DNA of 63,747 nt, counting the filler, from Octopus bimaculoides (taxonomy: Eukaryota): the NCBI RefSeq assembly GCF_001194135.2. It is 8 parts of 8 records of this genome, joined end to end, with 100 filler letters (N's around TTAATTAATTAA, not from the genome) between each part and the next. Parts side by side here need not be neighbours in the genome. Positions count along the whole stretch, not along the records: positions 25,355 to 35,213 come from NC_068983.1; positions 35,314 to 43,107 come from NC_069005.1; 6 more parts are not named here. One strand, 5' to 3'. Below are positions 27,954-40,445 of this stretch, one piece after another (the stretch's first letter is position 1; each line of letters opens with the position of its first letter). The notes under the pieces are model-generated. The model saw only the letters and a program-made list of their open reading frames with translations, was not told the origin of the DNA and ran no database searches. A program made the position numbers and the translations under genes.

Positions 27954-30050
27954 TGTCTGTCTGTCTGTCTGTCTGTATTTGTCCCCCACCATTGCTTCAC
28001 AACCGGTGCTGGTGTGTTTATGTCCACGTAACATAGCGGTTCGGCAAAAGTCACCTATAGAACAAGTACTAGACTTAAAAAATAACTCCTGAGGTCGATT
28101 TCTTCAACTAAACCCCTTCGAGGCGGTGCCCCAGCATGGCCGCAGTCAAATGACTGAAGCAAGTAAACGATAAAAGATACGTATGCATGTATCTTGGACG
28201 AATATTCTCTTTAACTCGTCTTCTATCGAAGTCTCCTTAGCGTCCAAATTTGATACAAACTATCTCAGGTCCAAGGGACACTACTCTTTTAGTCTGTCAT
28301 GTCAGCTTTCTGAAGTCTGTGGCATGGGAACCTATGCGTAGTTTTTTTACTGCTATGATTAATTTTTCCCCCACCAAGTGTGTGTTTAAGTCGATCAGTC
28401 CAGCCAACTTTGGTTCACATGGAACAACAGTATACTAAGAGCACCTATTGAGAAGTACTTCACCTAAACTGATAAGAATCCTATCTTCGATAGGCGAAAG
28501 GACCTGAAATTTCATGGGAGGAGGCGAAACAGTAGAATCGACTCCAGCAGAACTTAGTCTATCGACCCTGAAAGAACGAAAGACAAAGTCGACCTCCACG
28601 GCATTTGAACTCAAAGCATAAAGACGGATGAATTGCTACTAAGGATTTTGTCCGGCGTGTTAACGATTCTGCCAGCTAGTTCGCCGCTTTTTAGCTAATC
28701 TCATAATAATGCTATTGGTTTAAAATCTTGCCAGAACTGCAGTTTGGGAGGTGGGAGAAAATCGATTCCTGTGCTCAACTGGTACTTTGTGTGTGTGTGT
28801 GTAAGGGGGGGGNNNNNNNNNNNNNNNNNNNNNNNNNNNNNNNNNNNNNNNNNNNNNNNNNNNNNNNNNNNNNNNNNNNNNNNNNNNNNNNNNNNNNNNN
28901 NNNNNNNNNNNNNNNNNNNNNNNNNNNNNNNNNNNNNNNNNNNNNNNNNNNNNNNNNNNNNNNNNNNNNNNNNNNNNNNNNNNNNNNNNNNNNNNNNNNN
29001 NNNNNNNNNNNNNNNNNNNNNNNNNNNNNNNNNNNNNNNNNNNNNNNNNNNNNNNNNNNNNNNNNNNNNNNNNNNNNNNNNNNNNNNNNNNNNNNNNNNN
29101 NNNNNNNNNNNNNNNNNNNNNNNNNNNNNNNNNNNNNNNNNNNNNNNNNNNNNNNNNNNNNNNNNNNNNNNNNNNNNNNNNNNNNNNNNNNNNNNNNNNN
29201 NNNNNNNNNNNNNNNNNNNNNNNNNNNNNNNNNNNNNNNNNNNNNNNNNNNNNNNNNNNNNNNNNNNNNNNNNNNNNNNNNNNNNNNNNNNNNNNNNNNN
29301 NNNNNNNNNNNNNNNNNNNNNNNNNNNNNNNNNNNNNNNNNNNNNNNNNNNNNNNNNNNNNNNNNNNNNNNNNNNNNNNNNNNNNNNNNNNNNNNNNNNN
29401 NNNNNNNNNNNNNNNNNNNNNNNNNNNNNNNNNNNNNNNNNNNNNNNNNNNNNNNNNNNNNNNNNNNNNNNNNNNNNNNNNNNNNNNNNNNNNNNNNNNN
29501 NNNNNNNNNNNNNNNNNNNNNNNNNNNNNNNNNNNNNNNNNNNNNNNNNNNNNNNNNNNNNNNNNNNNNNNNNNNNNNNNNNNNNNNNNNNNNNNNNNNN
29601 ACAAATAATATATGAGTATATGCATATATATGTACATATATGTACATACCTACATCTACATGTATATATAGATGCATATCTGGGTACAGGACGTTGCAAA
29701 AGAACGTAGACAAAATGATAAACGGAATACAGAAAACACACAGGCCACATAGAGAACATTTCCTTCATCAGTTGCCACCATTCTAAAACGAAGCGTTTCG
29801 AAGAGTTAGGGCAGGACGCTTTGTTAGAATGGCTCTTCCCACAGACCACAAATTAAATTTAAATTAAATTTGTAACGTGGAGGAAAGTAGTGGCGGACAG
29901 TAAACAAGACACGTCGGACTTTTTTCAATTACTGTTATTTTCTATTATTTTTGTGCTTTCTGGCGGTAGAATTGAGACCTTAGCTCTCGTTTCTAAATAG
30001 GTTGATGCTCAGTGTATCCTTAAGGCTTCGTGCCAATTATAGATAGATAA

Positions 30051-30102
<52 letters not shown>

Positions 30103-30285
30103 GGTGATAAATTGAATATTAATTCAATTTAAAACCAAGTGGCCTAGTATATAAAAAAATCTGAAAATTCAGAAAAAAATTGTATTACACGTGTATAAGG
30201 GATGACCACTAGGTGGACATCCAACATGCTAGAAAGAGGTCATCAACGACCCAACCACATCCTATGTATATATATNNNNNNNNNN

Positions 30286-30354
<69 letters not shown>

Positions 30355-30356
<2 letters not shown>

Positions 30357-30520
30357 ACCAGAGTAATCACATGAATGGGAAAAATAGTACTCGAATACCA
30401 GAGGTAAAGTAATATATTTTATTGGAAAGCAGCAAAAATAACACAAAAACTGTTACTCACGTTCCTGTTTGTCGGACAGTTTTGTTTAGAATGGAAAGAA
30501 AATAAGGTTATAAGCAAACA
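30355..30520. mobile_element. Probable Penelope-type terminal repeat fragment
   Basis: gagtaatcacatgaatgggaaaaatagtactcgaataccagagg...ctgttactc...gttcctgtttgtcggacag, which I recall as an octopus PLE terminal-repeat pattern. No alignment was run. Confidence 0.35.
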
Positions 30521-31555
30521 TATACAATTGTATATATAGCTTCCCATTTCATACATTAACTTTAAACTGTGTACGCAAATATATACTAACATTATATACG
30601 AGTATCGACTGTGGGTGTTCTCTTGTTTTCGCATTTTAATTCGTATTTATTTTTTTCTATGTTCAACCGGAATGTTACGAGACGATAAACTTTTCAAGGG
30701 AAATAACTTTTGTTTGTCAATCAAAATGACAAACTGAGGAAAGTTATCTACCTTTATACGATATATCGACATTTTGTTCTGCTCTGAGTGGCGACAAGTT
30801 ATAAATTTACGTTTATATTTCCCTTTGATAAATCTTTACTACGTTACCCCATTTTCGACACCTGTTGGTTTCATTTCGTTTTTTCAGTCATTAAGCCGCA
30901 GTCATGTTGGGGCACCGCATGCAAGAATTGTCAGTTGATTGAGGCTACTTCGCTTTTTTTTTCTTTTTTTTTTTTTGCTAAGCCTTTCGGGCTGTTTTGC
31001 CAAACTACTAGGTCACAGAGACGAAAACACACGAACACCGGTTGTTAAGCAACAGACAAAAATATACACACACACACTTGTGTGGGGGTGTGGGGTGTAA
31101 ATGTAAGGATAAGGAAGTTAGGCAAGTCGATATACAAAAAATACTAAATACATTTAAAACAAAAAATATACATATGTTTACATATAAAAAGGACCGGTTA
31201 CACAGAACAGAAATGAGTAAAGGAAGTAAAAGGGTTGAATCGAGTGATGAAATCATTAGTCTTCTGTAGTAAGAGTTCCATGCATAGATCAGTTCGTGAG
31301 ATCGGGATATTTTTTGTAGACATACCCAAGAATTGTATATCCATGAGTGTTGCCTATAAGTAGCGGTAGATCAAGCAAGAGGTTTATAGTTTATAGATGA
31401 GAGACAGATATACTCCGTATAAAATAGACTTCATAGTGTTCAAGAGGTTTAATCTTGAGCAGGTAGACGAGTAAATGTAAGGATAAGCAAGTTCTCCTCA
31501 ACCTGCTCAAGTTTAAACCTCTTAAGTACTACTGTGGAGAATCTCTCTCTCTCTC

Positions 31556-31599
<44 letters not shown>

Positions 31600-31609
31600 N
31601 NNNNNNNNN

Positions 31610-32570
31610 GAGTATAGAAACATTGTCTTTGGAGAAATAACCGGTTTCGTATTTTCTTTTCAAATTTCTCTACCTGTATCGTGACATGTCTTCGCTATGG
31701 TGTAAAACGAAATGAAACAAAAATATATCACATACAGAAATGTTACACACATCACTAACCAAAGCACCCATAGACACCCACGCACACATAACAATCTGAG
31801 GCAACAATATTACCATTCCCCCGAACCAATCCCATACAACCTCACAGACAACTCATGCAAACAAAATTACAAACATTTTTTAGCCCCAGACCAGAGACAC
31901 CAGGACACAGGCTGGAACCTGGTGATTAGGAAAAACAGAGGATAATTAACCTCTCAACTAAACCTCTTTCAAGCATAAAAGTAGACTTCCTTTCAAAAGG
32001 GCTAAAATTCACCCCAACTCCACGCAGAGCCGACCAAAATGAAGTGAAGGACAGTATAATAGAATGCTGTACAAAATTAAAACTCACAGAAGCATTAACC
32101 AATTACAACACTGAAGATGACTCACTAGTCAAAAACAAAAGTGAACACATCCCACACAAAGGAAGAAATAAAAATCTTGATGAATTCTGCAACCACATTG
32201 AGAACTTCCCCTACCACATCATGCATAAACAGACAGTTAACTCAAACTCCAGTACTACACAATGGAAGGAACTAACAGAGCTTCAAACTAATGAAGATAT
32301 AAGGATTAAGGAAGCAGATAAAGGAAGTGCAGTTGTAATAATGGACACATTATACTATAGAAATCTAGTAATCTCCATGCTTGATGACAATCAACATTAT
32401 GAAAAAGTCACAAACTACAACCCGCAAAAGATAATGAAAACTCTGTCCTCACTAATTAAAACCCATGGAAATGAACTGACACCCAAAGAGATTGATTTTC
32501 TAACAAACTTTAAATGCAAACCCAGCCTTTTCTATGATCTGCCAAAAATACACAAATACACCCACCTATT
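31610..32570 (+). mobile_element. Penelope-like element (PLE), 5' part of the RT ORF, 3'-truncated
   Basis: Translation contains FLSKGLKFTPTP, IRIKEADKGSAVVIMD and FYDLPKIHK (ORF 32044-32625), hallmark motifs upstream of PLE RT. Confidence 0.9.
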
Positions 32571-32587
32571 TTCTATTATCGTCATCA

Positions 32588-32619
<32 letters not shown>

Positions 32620-32622
<3 letters not shown>

Positions 32623-33365
32623 TAGTTTTATTTTTATAACGTGCTTTCACTTCACTACCGAGCGCAGCTCTGTGTGCCTTGGGTATGTGCTGTGGTTTGC
32701 TGTTATGCTCTTATGGTTACTGTATTGAAAGTGTTTTGCGTAGGATGTGTGCAGTGCCCAGTAGTGCAATTTTCTGTATGTTATATATATTTGTAAGTCC
32801 TGGTGTTTTTGTTATGTATTTGTCTGAATATTTTTTTGTTATACCTAAGGCACCTACTATGATGGGAATTGTTTCTGTTTTTAGATTCCACATTCGAGTT
32901 ACTTCTATTTCCAGGTCTTTGTATTTTGAAAGTTTTTCCATTTCTTTTAGGGAAATGTTGTCATCTGCTGGTANNNNNNNNNNTTTGCGTAGGATGTGTG
33001 CAGTGCCCAGTAGTGCAATTTTCTGTATGTTATATATATTTGTAAGTCCTGGTGTTTTTGTTATGTATTTGTCTGAATATTTTTTTGTTATACCTAAGGC
33101 ACCTACTATGATGGGAATTGTTTCTGTTTTTAGATTCCACATTCGAGTTACTTCTATTTCCAGGTCTTTGTATTTTGAAAGTTTTTCCATTTCTTTTAGG
33201 GAAATGTTGTCATCTGCTGGTATTGATACATCAATTAGAAAGCATTTTTTTCTTCATGATCTTTGACAACTATATCTGGTCTATTTGCCTTAATTTCTCT
33301 ATCTGTGTGTATTGGCATATCCCAGAGTATGGTTGCTTTCTCGTTTTCTGTGACCTTTTCTGGCG
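32620..33365 (-). mobile_element. R4/Dong-like non-LTR retrotransposon 3' fragment (restriction-like endonuclease domain)
   Basis: TILWDMPIHTDREIKANRPDIVV...LIDVSIPADDN...KLSKYKDLEIEV...IPIIVGALG is a PD-(D/E)xK REL C-terminus. An internal ~255 nt duplication surrounds the 10-N gap. Confidence 0.88.
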
Positions 33366-35158
33366 TGTATTTATATTATTATTATCATCATCATCATCAT
33401 CATTATCATTATCATTATAATTCGGGTGACCTGAATAATGATAATAATTCTAATGCACAAAAAAGGGATAAGGTTAACTATAAATTGCAATTCTATTTCC
33501 ATGGTCAGATTATTAGAAAGAGAGTGCTAAACAAAATGAAGAAAATGAAGATGAAAATTAAGCATTTTAAAATAATAAACTGATAAAGTGATGAATACTG
33601 ACCATTTCAGTACTAATTAGCTGTTTCTCCCTTTCTTTGAAGGATCTAAATTATCCTCTGTCTTTCGACACAAAGCAACTGACCCTTTTCTATGCTCGAA
33701 TCAACCTCTATTTAAAGTTGATTTATTTCTGTCTTGTTTTTGTGTATTTTGCTGTAAATAGTGTGTATCGTTATGTGTGTGTGCGTGTGTGCGTACGTAT
33801 GTGTGTGTGTGTGTGAGTGCGTGCGTGTATGCGTGTGCGCGCATATATACACAGATATATATCAATTTATATATACGCACACATATGCTTCTTACTAATA
33901 CTCTTACTGTTTTTATTGATTATATCCATACAGTGTAGTGTGTATATTTTTATATATCCACATATGTTTAATNNNNNNNNNNTATATATATGTATGTATG
34001 TATACTTCTAACATACATTCTTACAATTACAGAGCCAAGAAAGAGAGAGCATAATAAAGTGAAATGAAATATATATATACATATGCACACATACACTGCT
34101 TATAGACATACTTACTATTTCTAAAGACAGAAATAAAAGAAAGTAAAATTTAAAAATGCAAGTATTTAAGTATGTGCAAAATTTCTTACATTCTAATCGT
34201 TTATAAAAGGAAACAGAAATAGATAATTACGCTTATGAGTTTGTTTTGCGAAATCCCTGATGTGAAATCGTATGTTAAAACAGATATTGTTATATTTTGG
34301 GATGGTCATTTTTTTTTCTTGCCAAATAAACATACGCACTATATATTTGTTCTTCACCTGTTTATTATTGTTCTTACTTTATGCTCTGGAAATATATTGT
34401 CATACATCCTGTGACCATTCGTGGGATGGAAAGTCGATGAAGAGGTCATGGGATGTGGGACGAAAGATTTCCAGACAATGGACATAAAATAAGAACAATA
34501 ATGAACAAGTGAAAAATGAATGTAGTGCGTGAGTTTATTTGGCAAGAAGAAAAATAGATAATATACGATAAAGTTAAATAAAATATGATATAATATAATA
34601 TACAGAAATATGAATAAAATAGAATACACCCACATTTATCTTCTTATATATGGACGCATATACACATCTAACAAATACACTTAAGCTAGATCCAACCCAT
34701 ATACGAAGTAATGTATATAGCTTGATTTGTATATACACGCATATATTCTTCTTCCATTCATTTAACTATATTTAAAATCCTGAGACAAATGCAATGTGAT
34801 AAAGAAAAATTAAAGTAGATGGAATTAATAGAACGTTTTAGCCTCTGGTTGCATCTAATATCTGTTTCGGATTACCTATTCACAAGTTTATTTGTACACG
34901 TTAAAATGTATAGCGCTTCCTTGGAAAAGAAATTGCAAGACCTTGAGAACGTGTTGTACGGCTATGCATTTTTATAACCGTCCATGTGATGTTGTATTGC
35001 ATTTTTCCCTCTTTAGTTTCCAGATCAAGTTGGTAGGTGATGCCCAGTGTCTCTTATTAATGTTTTTAAACGATGCAAAATGGCACCGATATCGATGTTT
35101 GAAACAATCGGCAGTCGAATGGTTATTAGTACTCCTGATATACCTTGCCTTGTTGCGG

Positions 35159-35213
<55 letters not shown>

Positions 35214-35313
35214 NNNNNNNNNNNNNNNNNNNNNNNNNNNNNNNNNNNNNNNNNNNNTTAATTAATTAANNNNNNNNNNNNNNNNNNNNNNNNNNNNNNN
35301 NNNNNNNNNNNNN

Positions 35314-35349
<36 letters not shown>

Positions 35350-35444
35350 TAATTATATTATTATGTCTACACATACTTATGCACACATATATACACACAT
35401 GCATACATTACATACATACAGACAGACAGACTGACAGACTTTGT

Positions 35445-35790
35445 TTGTTGGCACTCCGTCGCTTACGACAACGAGGGTTCCGGTTGATCGGATCAACGGA
35501 ACAACTTGCTCGTGAAATTAACGTGCAAGTGGCTCAGCACTCCCCAGACACGTGTACCCTTAACGTAGTTCTCGGAGATATTCAGCGTGACAAGGCTGGT
35601 CCCTTCGAATTACAGGTAGAACAGAACCAGGAGTGAGAGAAAGTTGTGGTGGAAGAGTGCAGCAGGGTTCGTGGAGCTTTAGATGTTTTTTGCTCAATAA
35701 ACACTCAAAACGCCCGGTCTGGGAATCGAAACCGCGATCCTATGACCTCGAGTCCGCTGCCCTAACAACTGGGCCATTGCGCCTCCTCAC
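35445..35790 (-). mobile_element. SINE family C copy with tRNA-like head
   Basis: The reverse complement begins ggaggcgcaatggcccagttgttagggcagcggactcgaggtcataggatcgcggtttcgattcccagaccgggcg. Confidence 0.85.
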
Positions 35791-36834
35791 TGACAGACTA
35801 ATGTACATACATACATACATACATAAATACATACATACGGACGGACAGATGGAGAAACGGATGGCTGGCTNNNNNNNNNNNNNNNNNNNNNNNNNNNNNN
35901 NNNNNNNNNNNNNNNNNNNNNNNNNNNNNNNNNNNNNNNNNNNNNNNNNNNNNNNNNNNNNNNNNNNNNNNNNNNNNNNNNNNNNNNNNNNNNNNNNNNN
36001 NNNNNNNNNNNNNNNNNNNNNNNNNNNNNNNNNNNNNNNNNNNNNNNNNNNNNNNNNNNNNNNNNNNNNNNNNNNNNNNNNNNNNNNNNNNNNNNNNNNN
36101 NNNNNNNNNNNNNNNNNNNNNNNNNNNNNNNNNNNNNNNNNNNNNNNNNNNNNNNNNNNNNNNNNNNNNNNNNNNNNNNNNNNNNNNNNNNNNNNNNNNN
36201 NNNNNNNNNNNNNNNNNNNNNNNNNNNNNNNNNNNNNNNNNNNNNNNNNNNNNNNNNNNNNNNNNNAATTATAGAATATTTCTAAAAATACTATTCTAAT
36301 CGAAGATATCATATCATATACTTGAGTAGAAAAATCAGAAATACTGGTTTCAAATTTTCATACAAGGTGAGGAAGGGGTCTAATCGATTTTATCCTCCCC
36401 AGCGCCCAACTAGTACTTCTTTTATCGATCACGAAATGATGAAAAGCAAAGTCGACCTCGGCGTAATTGTGAAACCGGAAGAAATACCGCTAGCATTTTG
36501 TCCATTGCGTAACGATTCTGTCTATTAGGTAGAGGACTTGAAATTTGGGAGAAGAGGATAGTCGAACTCACAACCTCACGATTGTAAGCCCGATGCTCTA
36601 ACCACTGCACCGGCACTTTTGGATCTACACCATTTTTCAGTATATTGGCTTGGTAGTTCCGGATCGATAAGCTCTGGTCTTGAGCAGCTAAGATGAAACC
36701 TTTGAACTCAGCTTTTAACCCGGCGCTCCGTAACCATTGATGCCTGTGTCTCTGATCTACATCAGCTTGTTTGCTAGGGGCTACTTATTTGCCATGCAGA
36801 GGCTTTTGTTTCCACTGACCATCTAATTGTTTAA

Positions 36835-37335
36835 TCTTTACTCTTTACTCTTTACTCTTTTACTTGTTTCAGTCATTTGACTGCGGCCATGCTGGAGCAC
36901 CGCTTTTTAGTCGAGCAAATCGACCCCAGGACTTATTCTTTGGAAGCCTAGTACTTATTCTATCAGTCTCTCTTTTGCCGAACCGCTAAGTTACGGGGAC
37001 GTAAACACACCACCATCGGTTGTCAAACGATGTTGGGGGGACAAACACACACATACATTCCCCTCTATGTTAGCCCGCATGGGTAATAAAAATCAGATGT
37101 TGGGGGGGGCATAAACACAGACACACAAACACATACACACATACACATACACACATATATACATATATACGACGGGCTTCTTTCAGTTTCCATCTACCAA
37201 ATCCACTCACCGGGCTTTGGTCAGCCCGAGGCTATAGTAGAAGACACTTGCCCAAAGTGCCACGCAGTGGGACTGAACCCGGAACCATGTGGTTCGTAAG
37301 CAAGCTACTTACTACACAGCCACTCCTACGCCTAT
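36835..37335 (-). mobile_element. tRNA-derived SINE, family B (full length, ~500 nt with internal (CA)n)
   Basis: Head ggagtggctgtgtagtaagtagc...ggttccgggttcagtcccactgcgtggcac and tail ...ccagcatggccgcagtcaaatgactgaaacaagtaaaaga. Other or partial copies lie at ~1225-1580(-), 8005-8180(+), 12540-12900(-), 13745-13910(+), 27960-28165(+), 30860-31080(-), 40913-41075(+), 47180-47260(-), 55845-55970(-), 57008-57180(+) and 58835-59000(+). Confidence 0.9.
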
Positions 37336-37583
37336 ATATATATAAATAACGTGCTTTGCTTCGTGTCGCCTCCATAACCACATTGGTTATCATTACCACC
37401 ATCGTTCTACCCATAGCATTTAAAATCAATAATAATATGAATCCAGGTGTATTGCAGCAGATCTTCGTCACTATTTATCAAATACCCCGCAAGCGTTCTC
37501 CTTTCACTCCTTATACAGGGGTCTCAGTCCTAGGCCACCATCCTTTCTTTTCATATACAATCTGTTTACGTTTGCAGTTAACA

Positions 37584-37655
<72 letters not shown>

Positions 37656-37804
37656 GTTGTTGTTTTTTTTTCTTCTTTCTTCAAATTTTCTTCCATTTCT
37701 CGCCGATTGTTTTCCGTACACCTAGGGCAGAGAAGCTCATTGTATGCATTCCCAGTTTACACACGCAAATTCACAGGTAAAATATGTATTTTTAAAAAAT
37801 CATT

Positions 37805-37882
<78 letters not shown>

Positions 37883-38515
37883 GTNNNNNNNNNNNNNNNN
37901 NNNNNNNNNNNNNNNNNNNNNNNNNNNNNNNNNNNNNNNNNNNNNNNNNNNNNNNNNNNNNNNNNNNNNNNNNNNNNNNNNNNNNNNNNNNNNNNNNNNN
38001 NNNNNNNNNNNNNNNNNNNNNNNNNNNNNNNNNNNNNNNNNNNNNNNNNNNNNNNNNNNNNNNNNNNNNNNNNNNNNNNNNNNNNNNNNNNNNNNNNNNN
38101 NNNNNNNNNNNNNNNNNNNNNNNNNNNNNNNNNNNNNNNNNNNNNNNNNNNNNNNNNNNNNNNNNNNNNNNNNNNNNNNNNNNNNNNNNNNNNNNNNNNN
38201 NNNNNNNNNNNNNNNNNNNNNNNNNNNNNNNNNNNNNNNNNNNNNNNNNNNNNNNNNNNNNNNNNNNNNNNNNNNNNNNNNNNNNNNNNNNNNNNNNNNN
38301 NNNNNNNNNNNNNNNNNNNNNNNNNNNNNNNNNNNNNNNNNNNNNNNNNNNNNNNNNNNNNNNNNNNNNNNNNNNNNNNNNNNNNNNNNNNNNNNNNNNN
38401 NNNNNNNNNNNNNNNNNNNNNNNNNNNNNNNNNNNNNNNNNNNNNNNNNNNNNNNNNNNNNNNNNNNNNNNNNNNNNNNNNNNNNNNNNNNNNNNNNNNN
38501 ATTATTATTATTATT

Positions 38516-38750
38516 AAGGCGGCGAGCAGGCAGAATCGTTAGCGCGCCGGACGAAATGCTTAGCGGTATTTCGCCCGAAGCTACAGTCTGAGTTCAAATT
38601 CCGCCGAGGTCGATTTAACCTTTCATAATTTTCGGTATTGATAAAATTAAGTACCAGTGAAACACTGGGGGGTCGATGCAATCAACTGATCCACTCCCCC
38701 CCCCCCACCAAAACAAAATTGCTGCCCTTGTGGCAAAATTTGAAACCATT
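38516..38750 (+). mobile_element. SINE family A copy
   Basis: Same head, B-box-like gagttcaaattcc and body as 947-1168. Embedded in (TTA)n. Confidence 0.85.
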
Positions 38751-39594
38751 ATTAATATTATTATTATCATCACCATCCTTATTATTGATTTTGTTGTAAT
38801 TGTTGTTGTTTTCTTGTTATTGTTGTTGTTCCTGCTGTTTTTACTGCCGACTGAAAATCGGCAGAATCTTTCAAAACTAGCGTTAGCGTTGAGAGAGACG
38901 CCATTACTTTTTTTTTTATTCCCCCTTTTAAAACATATGTCTTGCTATAAAATAATCTTGTTGATTTTCTCGTTTGTTTTGTTTGTGAATATTTTATATT
39001 TTCACTCTTTTTAAGAGGAGCGTCGCTATTATATCTCGTAGCCATTTTGTTTACATATGCAGACAAACGATAAAAAAATATAATTTCTCTAAAAAGTACT
39101 CAAGCATACACATATTTGCACAATCATATATGTATGTGTATATATATATATATATATATATAATGTATGTATTTATGTACATATATATATATATATATAT
39201 ATATTTATGTACACAGATATCCACAGGTATACGTTTCCCATTATTTATCTGCACAGACACACACACACACACACGTACATTCATATACATACAACCAGAA
39301 ATATATTCAAGCATACATACTTTTCTCACTCATTCAAACACTTCAATCAGTCATAAGCGCGAATTTATTCACACACACATACACACTTCACGCTCGTTCA
39401 CACTCTTATATTTCATAACATTCACACACACACACACACATACTCACTTTCCAGACAAATTCACGCGCATGCGCATACAGACGCACACACACACATACAC
39501 TCACAAATACACATCACCCAGTAGAACCAAAAAGTTTCTTTGGATTTCACTAATGATTTTTTTGCCAACATGTATCTCTATGTCGAAGTATTAA

Positions 39595-40315
39595 TTTGAG
39601 ACAACTTGTCCTGTCAGTACTGAATTGTTTATTCCTTATTTTCATAAATAAAATATAACCATTAATTGTCTATTGTTTATTTTACAGCTTTGATAATGAG
39701 TAATGAAATAACTGCAATTTAGAGCCATTTTGTTACATTACTAGTGACAAAAGGACAGAGTGTAANNNNNNNNNNNNNNNNNNNNNNNNNNNNNNNNNNN
39801 NNNNNNNNNNNNNNNNNNNNNNNNNNNNNNNNNNNNNNNNNNNNNNNNNNNNNNNNNNNNNNNNNNNNNNNNNNNNNNNNNNNNNNNNNNNNNNNNNNNN
39901 NNNNNNNNNNNNNNNNNNNNNNNNNNNNNNNNNNNNNNNNNNNNNNNNNNNNNNNNNNNNNNNNNNNNNNNNNNNNNNNNNNNNNNNNNNNNNNNNNNNN
40001 NNNNNNNNNNNNNNNNNNNNNNNNNNNNNNAGTCGATACCTCCATAAGCCTGGCCTTGTGAACAGACGCTGTCGAGAATTTTCTCATGAACTGACCAATG
40101 ACAATATTTAACGACGTGTGAACATTTGGTAACAGCTGCTGCCAAATCCTCGCGGAGTCTGTTTCCGGCGTAGAATTGTAACTGGAGATGAAAAATGGAT
40201 CAATTTTCGTAACCCTAATAAGAGAAATCAGTGGCTTCGTTCCGGTCAGGCTTCAGAATCTCTTATCAAAAACGGGCGGTTTGAACAGAAGCTCGTGTGT
40301 GTTTGCTCAAAGTGG
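39595..40315 (+). mobile_element. Decayed mariner transposon, 5' half
   Basis: ELTNDNI*RRVN...RRIVTGDEKWINFRNPNKRNQW, carrying the first catalytic D motif (TGDEKW). Interrupted by an N gap. Confidence 0.85.
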
Positions 40316-40445
40316 TTTCGTCGCTCGCACGCACCATCTTTGCTACATTCACCCACCTTTTTTTCGAAACTTTCACGAAACAAAACCTGCCTCTCCATTC
40401 TCACCTTCCTTATCAAGTGGTACCTGAAAAAGTTGATGAGTGATT
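40315..40445 (-). mobile_element. Tx1/L1-like LINE ORF2 C-terminal fragment
   Basis: Minus strand reads RYHLIRKVRMERQVLFRESFEKRWVNVAKMVR, resembling the Tx1-type terminal F..RW motif. Confidence 0.55.

Noticed and set aside
32717-33240. Apparent tandem duplication in the R4 element (and at 46530-46620)
   Set aside because: Identical sequence on both sides of a 10-N gap indicates overlapping contig ends.
35700-35790. tRNA-like sequences
   Set aside because: They are SINE heads that continue into SINE bodies, and I could not build a full cloverleaf.
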